A stretch of DNA of 64,000 bases from the human T2T-CHM13v2.0 reference genome, Homo sapiens. The notes beneath the pieces are model-generated. The model was not told the origin of the DNA, did no database searches, and saw only the letters and a program-made list of their open reading frames with translations. Shown one piece after another: positions 14,236-27,582 of the stretch. Position 1 is the first letter of the stretch. Each line of letters begins with the position of its first letter. Location of the stretch: NCBI RefSeq assembly GCF_009914755.1, contig NC_060939.1, one strand, 5' to 3'. The translations under genes and the position numbers were made by a program.

Positions 14236-17200
14236 CTGCTCTACACCACTCCCTAATTCTTGGCCTGGGCCGCTTGTCTGCAGAGTTGCTCTTACCTCGG
14301 CTGTGGCAGGGACCTCTGCAGAAGTCCTGGCTCGGGAGTAGTCTTTTAGTGTGCACCGTGTCATTTCTGCAGGGAAATGCCTAGAAGAGAAAACCGTGGG
14401 AGAACAGGCCGACTTCCCGCTTTTGTTATGTAGTACTGCCCTCCCGCTTTCTGAAATGACCATCCGGTTGGCAAGGCCTCCCACGACGGCCAATGGACCA
14501 GAGGATGCACCCATTTCCCCACACTCATGACAGCAAGGAATGTTATAAGCCTTTCAATGTTTTACTGTGTCAGGTGGACATAACATAGCATCTTGTGATT
14601 AATTATATTTTTATTACTAAAGCAAATAGCACTTTTCCATGCAATTTTCCCCCAGGAGACCAACCTGTCTATATGTATAACCATCCATCTCCCTCTTATT
14701 AACAAAAATTCCTAGTGATTTGGTGAGTATATCCACAAAATGGTAATCTATGCCGTGAAGCATTTCTGCAGTGAGAAATGCTAGCCTCTGGGCCAGAACT
14801 GTTAGTGAGAGCCCACAGAGCCCGGCCCTGGCTTTTGCTTTCCTGTCTGATGCGGGTGGAGGGCCTGGGTGATGGGTGCAATGGCCCTGAGCACCCACCA
14901 TCTGGAGAGGAATTATCACCGCAGATCACCCCGGGGCTAGGTGACCCTCCCTCCTCTGCACACCCCCAACCTCCACATCTTTCCCAAAGACGTCAAGGGT
15001 TGGATTTCACCGTAATATGACCCAGAGATGTAAACGGCTGCTGATGCTGAAACGCTAGAGTGATATCTGGTGAAAAAAGAAGCATCCTTCCAGTGGAAGG
15101 CTGGCAAAGCTAGGGCAACAGAGGGCGAGCCCCCAAAGTGCCAGGAGGGTGTCACCTCCCGGGAAGGCCAGCCCCGTTTCCCTGGTGCTTTGGCCACATG
15201 GGGACTCAGTGGCACAGGAAGGTCGTTAAACAACTATGACCAGGTCAGTAGCATCCTGAAGTTTACTTTTGTTTGTTCTGCAATGAGCTGTGGGCTGGTA
15301 GATCATTTTCACTTTTTGCTGCTCTATTGACGGAGGCAAATGCAATAAAATAAAGTCATGGATATGCAAATCAAACGGCAGTGTCTTTTCTAAGACTTAC
15401 AGAGGATGTCACACACTTCAGATTGACCAAAAACATTTGCCTTTTATTCTAAGTGTTTTCCTTGGTGGGGAGAAGAGAAATACACACACACACGTGCACA
15501 CGCATGTGCACACACAAATGAGGCCAACATTTAGAACTTACATAATTAAAGCCATTTTTTTCATTTCATTTTCTCTATTTTCCTAGATTTGTAGGGAAAA
15601 AAAACAGTACAAAGAGAATTTTATTCCAATGATTGGGACAGGAGTGATGACTTAACAATTATTGCTCTGGAACAAAAGGTAAGACTGTCTGCTTGGAACA
15701 TAAGGACAGACAGAACCAGGGATGGACAGACTGGGGCGGTGTCTTTCAAGGTGTACCTGCAGAACAGTGAGCTGCCTGCCGTCAGAGACACGGTTGTCAC
15801 AGCCAGCATTACTCTGTCATATTCATGGAATTCTGTTTTTTACTCTTTCAGAATACTGAAAAAGAAAAATAATTTCTGTTAGTTTTTCTGTAATTAGAAT
15901 AATTTGTTTTTTCTGAAACATGAATTATGGAAATGATGTTTAAAGACTGAGTTATTGGCAGCTAAAATCACTTCTTCTTGAAATGGCTGACTGTGAAACA
16001 CACAGTATCACTGAAGGTATTTCTTTAAAAATAGTATGTTAAATTGAAAGCAATTATCAAGAACTAAATGGTGTTCAGGTCCTATAGGTTTTTAAATATT
16101 TTATGTTTTTTCTAACCAAATGCTTCTTTATGTAGGAACTTTAACTTACCATCCATGGCCGGCACATTGAAATACCAGCATACAGTGAAGACTAACACTT
16201 ATCAACAACCAGAAATACGTTCACTTACAAGCTCAGAGCTTATTGTAAATGTTTCTTGTCATCTTGAATGGCTGCACATGTGCTGACTCCATAACCCTAG
16301 CTATTCACTGCATTTGTAATTTCATTTTCCCTAACCAGTTCCTACTTCTAACCACTGCCTTTAAAAATCAAACTAGCAACACCAACCAAACCTGAAAAAA
16401 AAAATCTCCCTGGTGCTATTCATTTATCCTTCTCCTCCTTTACTTCGTTAAATACTTCATTGGAATGTATTAGCTTTACATTAAAAGCAAGTAAGAGGCC
16501 TGAAAATTTGGAAATTTTCATCACCATATATGAAAATAATGACATAAATTATAATTTAGAGAACAAAAAGGATTTTCTAAAATTTGAAACTGCATTATAG
16601 CAATGTTCTACTATTATTTTCCTACTAGCTCTAGCTACTTATTTGGGACATTAATGTGTTATTGAAATAGAATGTTTGCTCCATTTTATTTTTTAATATG
16701 AATTTGAAATCTTTATGAGGAAAATATTTAGAACTGAGATATTTTACTGTATAAAAGAATATAATTATGGATAATAGTTGATGAATAAGCACAAGTAACT
16801 GAATAATCTCAAATAGTATAAATGCGTTTCCTACATTTTAAGTTTAAATCAAAAGTTGCCAATTCTCAAATACAAAACAATAGTATTTTGGAGAAAAAAA
16901 TGACTAAATAAGTATTATCTCTAGGAAAAGGTGCAGAAGTTCTAAATTTTGATGAAGCCTAATTTAACAATTTTTCCTTTCCTGGTTATTGTTTTCTGTG
17001 GCGGTGAGGAGGGGCTTTTGCCTTTATATTTATTTCTGAACTATTTAATTTTTTTTCAGTGAGAATGTGTTCTTTCATTACTTTTGTAGTGTCTGTAAAG
17101 TTTTGAATGAAGCAGTCATATATTCCCATCACGCAGGTCTTGGGAAATAAAGAAGAAAAATCTTTTCTAGTTCTGTCATGAAGTCCCCCATGGCCCATGC

Positions 17201-19292
17201 CTAATACTCACTATGGTCAAAGCATTTGGGTCTTTTTTCTTTCAATTTAAATAAAGGTTAACCATTCTCTGTATAATTTCAGGAAATTAAATGAGATTGG
17301 CAGATTAAATTAAATGCATACGCATTAACTGGTGCCTTTTCCTAATGTCCTTCCAACAACTTGATTGGACCAGACCCTCAGCCCACAGGGTCGGTGAGAG
17401 TGGATATGGTGTCACCCTGCAACTTAAGAAAGTCAGAGTCGAAACAGATAAACACCACAACATTTTTATAATGTAAAGAAAACTGAGCAGGTTCTAGATT
17501 CTTATTACATCATTTACTCCACACACAAGGCATGATTGAAAAATCAAGTTAAATCACCCTTGTAATCTCATGGGCACCTTATGGCCTACATATGCCCTAA
17601 GTTCCACCTTCAAAATGTCCCTTAACTTGGGCTTAAAGGTTTAGCTGTTTGTATGTATGTTCCTAACATGGACAGAAGAGGCTACTTCATACCTGCTTGT
17701 GCATTCACACATACACATACCTGCACATGTCTTTTACTGGATAAGTGGGTATTTGTTTAATTCTGAGAGACAAGCAATGACATAATTAAGTGCCCCCATC
17801 TGAGGGATGACAGCAGTTGATTCTATTCCTTCTGGGCCCTGCTAATGGCCTTTCTCCCTCTGGCCTGCTCTCACATGTCCCAGGGGCTCTGCCTGTAAAT
17901 AATTAATGGTGACTGTTAATGTGTGTTGGGAAGTGAAGCTGCCTTATTCACACGTATAACCGCTTACACACCAAGCCTTTTCCCGATTCCTCTTTTCAAA
18001 AGCACACAGCCAAGTCACAATAATCTCCACTCAGACACAGCAATTCTGTGTTGGCATCTCAGGAATGATACAGATTGTGTGTGATGGTCATCCATTTACT
18101 TGGATTTTCAGAACGATTGCCTTTGAAATGGAGCAAGTCATGGCTTAGCGTGAGTTGTAAAGACCCTGGATTGGTATTAGGGGCTTTGCTCCGTAAGCAG
18201 CTTGCCTTTTTTCTTTCTGCAGAGCAGGATTTTTCAGCTTTGGTGGCAAGAGCTCATACCTTGTGTCATATGGCAAGCCATGCATTTAGAGTATAGACAT
18301 TAGGACTCATATTTTCTCCCAACATTTTGTTATGAAAAATTTCAAACATACACTAAAGTAGAAAGAATTGAACCATCTATATTCATATACCTACCACTCA
18401 GATCACACCATTAACACTTTCCAAAATTTCTCTCTTGCCTTTCTATCCAACCATCCACTCATTTTTAATGCATTTCAAAGCATATTGCAAACATCTGTAC
18501 ACTTCACTCTTAAATACTGTAGCATGCATAGTATGGACTAAGGTTCAATATTGTTTGTAGTTTTTTTAGGTAAAATATATATAAAGTAAGATGCACATAT
18601 CTTAAATGGACTGCTTGATAAGTTTTGACAAATACAGCAACTGTGTAATGAAAACTCCAGTGAGATATAGAACCACCAAACTGATGTCCTTGTGCCCCAT
18701 CCACAGGAAAACTCACTGTCTACCGTATGGCCACGATCCACCCTTCTGATTTTTTTTCACTATATCTTAGAACAGCATATAAATGGAATCATTTTTGTAC
18801 AAGGTTTCTTTCACTCAGCATTATTTTTTTTGAGATTGCTATCAGTCTTTCCATAGATCAATCGGTCCTTCCTTTTTATTGTTGAGTAGTTACTGTACCA
18901 CGGTTTGTTTATTCATTCTCCTGTGGATGGACACTTGGGCTATTTACAGTTTGGAAATATGAATAAGGCTGCTGTGAATATTGTTGGATACATTTCTGGA
19001 CATATTTCTCTTGGTTAGATAAGAATGGAATTTATGGGTCACAGGGTAGGTATACATGTAGTTTTATAAGAAACCACCAGACCTGTTTCCAAAGTGATTG
19101 GACCATTTTGCACTCCAGCCAGTAAGGTATGAACATTCTGGTTGCTCCATGTCCTCACCAAGTAGTGTTGGCCTTACAGTTTTAGCCATTCTGGTGAGAG
19201 CATAGTGGTATCTCATTGTGGTTTTAATTTGCATTTCCCTGATGACTAATGACATTGAGCTTTTTGAATAATTTTTTGCTGTTTAAATCTTT

Positions 19293-19496
19293 GCCCTCTC
19301 TCTTTCTTTCTTCCTTTTCTTTTTCTTTCTTTCTTTCTTTTTCTTTCTTTCTTTCTTTCTTTCCTTCCTTCCTTCCTTCCTCCCTTCCCTTCCCTTTTCC
19401 TTTCTTTCTTTCCTTCCTTCCCTTCCCCTTTCCTTCCCCTTTCCTTCCCCTTCCCCTTCCCCTTCCCCTTCCCTTCCTTTCCCTTCCCTTCCTTCT
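19293..19496. repeat. About 200-nt polypyrimidine/polypurine tract (TTTC, TTCC, CTTCCC units) grown from an Alu tail
   Basis: C/T only on the + strand. Confidence 0.92.
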
Positions 19497-19795
19497 GTTT
19501 TGTTTTTTTGAGACAGGGTCTTATTCTGTCACCCAGGCCAGTGGAGTGCAGTGGTGTAGTCACAGCTCATTGAAGCCTTGACCTCCTGGGCTCAAGCCAT
19601 CCTCCTACATCTCAGCTTCCTGAGTAGCTGGGACTACAGGTGTGCACCACCATGCCCGGCTAATTTTTAAAATGTTTTGTAGAGACAGGGTCTACTTGTT
19701 TCCCAGACTGGTCTCAAACTCCTAGGCTCAATGGATCCACCCACCTTGGCCTTCCAAATTGCTGGGATTACAGGTGTGAGCCACCAGGTCCAGCC
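19497..19795 (-). mobile_element. AluJ
   Basis: gagacagggtctt...gaagccttgacctcctgggctcaagccatcctcc. Confidence 0.9.
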
Positions 19796-20149
19796 TGCTC
19801 ATTTTCAATTGGATTGTTTGTCTTTTTATTATGGAGTTATACGAGTTTTTATATTCTAGATACCATTTATTTTCAGATATGTTTTGAAAATATGTTATTG
19901 TAGTCTATAATTTGCCTATTTAACTTTAAATGGGGTCTTTTGAGGGGCAGAAGTTTTAAATTTTGATGAAGCCTAATTTAGCAATTTTTCCTTTCCTGGT
20001 TATTGTTTTCTGTGTCCCATGTAAGAAAGTAAGTAAAGACTTACTCTCAAGTCATGAAGATAATCTCCGCTATGTTTTCCTAGAAGCTTCATAGTTTTAG
20101 CCTTTATGTTTAGGTCCATGATTCATCTCAGTTATTTTTTCTGTTTTTT

Positions 20150-20955
<806 letters not shown>

Positions 20956-21695
20956 ATCTCAAGATGATATTTGTATATGGTGAGAAGTAGGGGTCAGGGC
21001 TGCTTTTTATTAAATGAGGGTGTCCAGTTGTTCCAGCACTTTTTACTGAAAAGACTTTGCTTTTCCCATTGTACTGCTTTGGCTCCCTTGTCAAAAATCA
21101 ATTGAATGTACAAGCACAGGTCTATTTTTCAACCCTCTGTTCTGTCCCTTGGAGCCATTTGTCCATACCAGTACCATACTGTCTTGATTACTATAGCTTT
21201 GTAGTTTGTTTTTTGGAAGGATAATGGCTTCCAACTCCATCCTTTCCAAGTCTTGAAATCAGGTAGTGTACATTCTCCAACTCTCTTCTTTTTCAAGATT
21301 GCTTTGGCTATTCTAGGTCTTTCAAATTTCCATATAAATTTAAGAATCAGACTGTCAATTTCTATCCCGCAAAAATGACCCTATTGGAATCATAGTTGGG
21401 ATTATTGAATCTATAGATAAAATCAAAGAGAATTAACATCTTAACAGTACTGATTCTTCCAATCCTTGAAGATGGATGTCTTCCCACTTATTTAGGTCTT
21501 GTTCAATTTCTCTCAGCAATGTTTTATGTTTTCAGCGTACAGATCTTGCCCATCTTTTGTTACATTTTTTTCTAAGAATGTAATTTTATACTATCATAAA
21601 CTATTTTTTCAATTTTTCAATGTTAACTGCTATTATGTGATTCATTTTTGTGAGGTGTATGTTTGTGAGCCAACCGTGCTATGCATTTACATTTA

Positions 21696-22170
<475 letters not shown>

Positions 22171-22211
22171 TGATAGTGTTGAAGTCAAAATAAAAATGTA
22201 GAGGTGAATTT

Positions 22212-22623
22212 TTATTTTTATTTTTTATTTGTACACATTTGTGGGGTGTATGTGACATTTTGTTATGTGTATATAGTATGTGGTGATCCAGTCAGGGCAT
22301 TTAGGGTGTCCATCACCTGAATACAGTACATTTTTGTTAACTATAGTCACCCTACTCTGCTATGAAACATTGAATTTATTCCTTCTTACTGTATGCTTGT
22401 ACCCTTTAACCCACTTCTGTTCGTCCTCCCTGCTCCCACACTCACCCTTCTCAGTCTCTGTTAGCTGTTTTTCCCATTTTTCCAGTCTTTGCCTCCATGG
22501 GATCAAATTTTTAGCTCCCACAAATAAGTGAGAACATGGAATGTTTGTCTTTTTGTGCCTGCTTATTTCACTCAAGATAATGACCTCCAGTTCCATCCCT
22601 GGCTGTTGCAAATGACAAAAGAA
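22212..22623 (-). mobile_element. L1MA 3'UTR fragment
   Basis: tgtacacatttgtggggtgtatgtgacattttg...agctcccacaaataagtgagaacatg. Confidence 0.85.
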
Positions 22624-22919
22624 TTTTTTTTTTTTTTTAGACAGAGTTTCGCTCTGTCACCCAGGCTAGAGTGCAGTGGTGCGATCTCAGCTCACTGCTA
22701 CCTCAGGCTCCTGGGTTCAAGTGATCCTCGTGCCTCAGCCACCTGAGTAGCTGGGATTACAGGCGCGTGCCACCACACCCGGCTAATTTTTGTGTCTTCA
22801 GTAGAGACGGGGTTTCACCATGTTGGCCAGGCTGGTCTCGAACTCCTGACCTCAAGTAATCTGCCTGCCTCGGACTCCCAAAGTGCTGGGATTACAGGCA
22901 TAAGCCACCACACCCAGCC
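22624..22919 (-). mobile_element. AluS
   Basis: Antisense dimer; TSD caaaagaattt/caaaaggattt. Confidence 0.92.
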
Positions 22920-22973
22920 TCAAAAGGATTTTAAAATCTAATGTTTTCTTGGGATATAAGAATTGTAATTTGG

Positions 22974-22974
22974 G

Positions 22975-23058
<84 letters not shown>
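22974..23058. repeat. Compound microsatellite (TA)n(GA)n(GT)n
   Basis: Three pure dinucleotide blocks in tandem. Confidence 0.95.
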
Positions 23059-23061
<3 letters not shown>

Positions 23062-23511
23062 GGTATGTTTGAAGAATAAAGAGAAGGTTGGCAGTTTTGT
23101 AATAAAAAGGAGAAATGTTATGTGTGTTTTTCAAGAAAACTTATTAGTATTAGCAAGGTTTTGGAGAGTTGGCAAGTTATGATGGGTGAGTGACAGTTGT
23201 GGGTAAAGCTAGTTTTAAAGTCGTTTTAGTAGTTATTAGATAAAACTGGTTTTAGTTGTGGTAGGCATTTTTAGTAGTCGGACTTGTAGAGAATCATGTT
23301 TTTGGAGTCATGTTATATGCCCCGAGTGCTTTTTCTTCTTGGCTTCTCAGCTCCGTTTTAGTTGGGTGTAAAAACAATAACCCAATTTGCTTGGTCACCT
23401 TTCACAACAGTATTCTTTCCCTATTTCTGCTATCACTCCACACAGTCAGAATTCAACTGCTCATCCATCGCAGTCTTTCCGTAATACCTATGGAGAGAAA
23501 GCTTTTTACTG

Positions 23512-23690
23512 TTGTTCCCTAACCTCTTTGGAAATCTGGTAGAAGCTTTGAATTTTGTCCTCGAAAAACTGTACACACACACACACACACACACACACCC
23601 AGTTTTGTGTACAATTTTAGGGTGTTCAGGGAACTTCGGAAGCCTGTCAGCCTTTCGGGGTCCACAGGCCCTCACTGTGAACCCCTTCTA
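23512..23690. mobile_element. hAT-Charlie DNA transposon remnant (MER103-like) with an internal (CA)n
   Basis: ctttggaaatctggtagaagct...aaaactgtacacac...ttttgtgtacaattttagggtgttc...gaacccc. Confidence 0.6.
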
Positions 23691-23739
23691 GAGTGGAAGC
23701 TCGGGGAGGGCGAGAGGCCGCCTTCCTTTCCCTCGGCTC

Positions 23740-24780
23740 CTCCTGCACCCAGCGAGGGCTCGGCCTGCCGTGGCCGCCCCGTGAGTGACCGCCGCTTTTG
23801 CTGAACGGCCCGGGCGCTGGGTCGCGGCCTCCCTCAAGGCTGGCCTCTCCTCCCGAGTGGCAGCAGGTGCTCGGATGACCGGGAGCAGCCCACGCTCTGG
23901 TGAAGCAGCGCGACCCGAGGCCCGGTGTCGTCCCCCATCGTTACGCAGCGCGTTCGTGCCAGGGCAGGTCTGGAGTGAGGGCTGCTGATTTAAATCCCAC
24001 GCCCTTCGTGGGGTTTTCTGGGCAGGGCGGGAAAGCGTCTGGATGTCCACACCCCCGGGAGGTGGCCTGTCTTTCCCCCGTGGGCACCGCAGCGGGACAG
24101 CGTGGCTGAGACCCGCGGCTCTCTCGCCAAAGCCCCTGCGCCTCCGCTGCTGTCGGCGAGGTCGGCCCGGCCGCTCCCCCGCGGGCCGCTGTCCCCGGTG
24201 CCCTGGAAGGGCTCCAGGTGGCGGTCTCGCTGCAGAATCCTCCGAGCTGCGCTCGCCGCCCGGTGCCTTCGCAGCGGCCCCGGTTGGGTTGCGGGTCGCG
24301 GGGCGGCGAGCGCAGGGAGCGTCGCGGGGCCACCCCTCTCTCTTCCTGAAGCCCCCGCGATCGTGCAACGGGCCGCGCCGCCTCCTGCTGTGTTCCACGG
24401 TGATTCTCAAGAGCACGCGGGCAGTGGGCGGTGACGCCGTGTGTGTGTGCTTCCTCCCGCGCAGGTGCCGGGGACACGGGCGGCAAGCCGTCCACGCGGG
24501 GCGGTGACCCTGCAGCGCGGTCCCGCAGGACGGAAGGCATCCGCGCCGCGTACAGGCGGGGAGACCGCGGCGGCGCCCGGGACCTGCTGGAGGAGGCCTG
24601 CGACCAGTGCGCGTCCCAGCTGGAAAAGGTAGGGGAGCGCCTGCCCCTGCGGCCACCCATGCAGCCCCGGGCTGGACGAAGGGGACCGCTCAGATGATTT
24701 TCTCGTTATTGTCATAACGGTAATGGGCGTTTTTACTGTGTTCTGGAAACGCCTCGCTTTGCGTATAAACTTGTGGGCGC
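23740..24780. promoter_or_regulatory. Intragenic CpG island overlapping the first LRRK1 exon in the window
   Basis: About 1 kb of very high GC with dense CpG (e.g. cgcggggcggcgagcgc) and GGGCGG boxes, against CpG-poor flanks. Confidence 0.9.
24465..24628 (+). CDS. LRRK1: LRRK1 coding exon (probably exon 3; 164 nt, phase 1-0): (G)[54 protein letters not shown]
   Basis: Acceptor ttcctcccgcgcag|GT and donor AAG|gtaggg. The peptide matches the recalled human LRRK1 N-terminus and joins in frame to GQLLSIP in the next exon. Confidence 0.96.
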
Positions 24781-26289
24781 CTTTCCTTTCCAACTGACTT
24801 CTCAGTCTGATATCACCTAAGCAGGCCCCTGCCACCTTTTCATGGGAGGCCTTTGAGGGACGGGGGTGTGGTCACTTAAATGTAAAGAACAAAATGCCAC
24901 CCAGAGGCTTAACCTACTCTATTCTTTTACGTTTTTGTCGTTATAAAAAGTAGCACATGCTGGAAAAATAAAATTTAGAAAATATGTCAAAGTAGGAAAA
25001 ATGGGACAAAGAAGTTACCAAATTCCTGATACACCCTAAAACCCACTTAACAGTTTTGCTGTATTTTCTTCCAGCCTGCCGATCTGAGCATACATTGTTG
25101 TTGTTGTTTCTAATATAGATGCAGACAGATTGCATATATGGTGATGCAGCTGCTGCTCGTACTTTTATAATATTATTTTAAGAATTTTCCAGATGATTAA
25201 AAATTCCTTGTAGGCGTCTCCTTCAATGGCTACGTGACACTCCATCTAGAGGGACCGTGTCTACCTGGCTATTCATCTTGGCTGATATTAGGATTGCTTC
25301 TCATCTCTTACTAATATAAACGATGCTCTATTGAATGTTTTTGCCTCATTCTTTTCTTATGGTAATGTTATTTTCTTAGCATAGATCTGCAGGGATTGAG
25401 AATGTGGATATGAGGACTTTTAAAGTTTTGGAATACATGCCAAGCTGTTTTCCAAAAATCTTCTACAGATTAACCCTCCCAGCAAAAGTTGGAGTGGGCC
25501 ATCACCACATTTTTTGCCCCTGTGGGGGCTTCTTACTGGCTATTATCATGAAAATACCTTAAGGATGTTTTATTTGCATCACTTTGATTAGGACAGGCTT
25601 AACATGCCTCCATTTAATTGATAGTTAGAATTCATTCAATTCCTAAAACTCCAACCTGTTCTCAGAAGTGTAAGAGATTGGGAGAGGGGCAGTACAGCAT
25701 GCTTGGGAATTGTTAAGCAGGAGGAAGGCATTTAAGATCCCTCTGATTAGGAATTCATGGTGGATATGGAAAAGGATCATTCTTCTGCACAGAGAGAGCT
25801 GCGCTGTGCACACGAGCAGGTCAGAGCTGTGGGCTCCTCGGGTGCACCCCAGTGGCCTCAAGCAGGGAGGAGCTGGGCAGCAAACACAGCCTGGCATCCC
25901 TGCCAAGTGGCCAAGCAGCCAGAGATAGTGGCTCATTCCAGAGCTGTGCAGATTCAGGGATGTGGCAGCAGCAGGAGATGCTGACGGGGGAAGATGATCA
26001 TGGAGAGACCTGAGAGCCAAGGGGGATGTGACTTCATCCTGAGGGTGGAAAAGCTGTTAAAGGCAGTGGCATCATAATTTGGCAAAGAGCACTCTGGCCC
26101 ATATTTGAATAAAGGAAAACAGAGTCCAGGGTGTGTGTCTCTTCTCTGTGGCATCATGGACAGTGGCAACTCAAAATCGAGAAGGTTCCTAGAAAGCTGC
26201 CTCTCCCCTGAATACAGGACTGATGAAATCCCAGCTGATTGGACTTTGAGAAGACAGTGAGGAAAAGGATGGATACATCTGTGTTTTCA

Positions 26290-27580
26290 TAAAAATGTAA
26301 AATTATAGTTCCAAAAAATACCATAAATAAGAGTCAACGGTTGATGCAAAAGGAGAAAGTATATGGCTAATACCCTTCATTGACAAAGAGCTTTTACAAA
26401 TCAATATGAAATAATAACATAATTTTCAAAAGGGCAGCAGGACATGGAAACAGCAAAATAAAGGTAAAGAAAGTAGAAGCCATGAAACTGTAAAAATAAT
26501 TTGAAAGTTTTGAAATAGAAAGCAAAGTAGAAAGAAGTAGAAATGACCACTAAATCAAAAATTGGTTCTTTGAAGAGATTAATAAAATAGAAAATCTCTG
26601 GTGAGAGTAAAAGATAAAAAAGAAGAAATAGATAAATCAGGAATATAAAAGAGAACTTCATGACAGTTTATACAAGCATTAAAAACATAATAAGAGAATG
26701 TATTATGAACAAGTTTATGTTAAAACACTCAAAAATTTAGATGAAATGAACAAATAAAAAGAAAAATTTAACTTTAAAAAGAAACAGAAAGCATGAATAG
26801 TCTTTCAACCATGAAGGAAATAAATCAATCATGTAAAACCTTCTGACAAAGCAAATTCTAGGTCTACATGGTTTTACTGGTGTGTTCTACCAATAATATA
26901 ATCACTTGTCCAGAAAATAGAAAAAGAGGGTGCACTCACCTGTTCCTTTAATGAAGCTAACACAACCTCAATACCAAGAGTAGGTGAGAACAGTACCTGG
27001 AATGAAAATGACTAAGGATATGAATAGGCAAATAGACACACACACACCTGAAAGATATTCAGATAGATGGTACACATATGTAAAGTTATTCAACTTCGTT
27101 AATGCGTATAGAAAGGCAAATAAAACAAAAATGAAGCAGCCTTTTTAAGCTAATCAGATTGACACCTTAAAGTTTGATAAAAATCAGAAGGAAGGCTATG
27201 GGAACTTACACACCTTTATTCAATGCTACTAGGAAGGTACTAGGAATGTGTGCAGCCTCTTTGGAAGGCCATCTGAAAATGCTTGTCAAATTTTCAAATT
27301 TCATTATCTTTGACCCAGCAAAACTACTGCTAGGAACTTACCCCTACAGATTTACTTGAAAAAAAATTACCAATTTGTATGTGTAAGGATGTTCATTCAA
27401 GTTGTGTTTAAGATAGAACAACCTTGAAAACTGCCTAACTGTTCCATCCACAGGAGAAGGCTGCTACAGAAATCTCAGTCTGTCCTGGTCCTAGAATACC
27501 ACACAGCACTCCAAAAGGACAAGATAATCTCTAGCAGCTGTTTTGGAAAGAACTCCAGTGTAACTTAATGTAATAAGTGC
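26290..27580 (+). mobile_element. Degraded old L1 (L1ME-type) fragments
   Basis: ORF2-like aaatcaaaaattggttctttgaagagattaataaaatag and tttgacccagcaaaactactgctagga. Confidence 0.7.
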
Positions 27581-27582
27581 AG

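Larger units (their letters stand above)
22177..23406 (-). mobile_element. ERV1-class solo LTR (LTR37-like), split by an L1MA+Alu insertion (about 22212-22930)
   Basis: TG...CA termini (tgttgaagtcaaaataaaaat ... ccaatttgcttggtcacctttcaca); 4-bp TSD atag/acag. Family from recall of consensus. Confidence 0.75.

Noticed and set aside
15364-15371. Lone octamer ATGCAAAT
   Set aside because: A single 8-mer is expected by chance in 64 kb; no supporting motif cluster.
23688-24660. Long antisense ORFs (322 aa and 239 aa) and overlapping + strand ORFs
   Set aside because: Low-complexity Arg/Pro/Gly/Ala products, expected from stop-codon scarcity in a CpG island; no recognisable domain.
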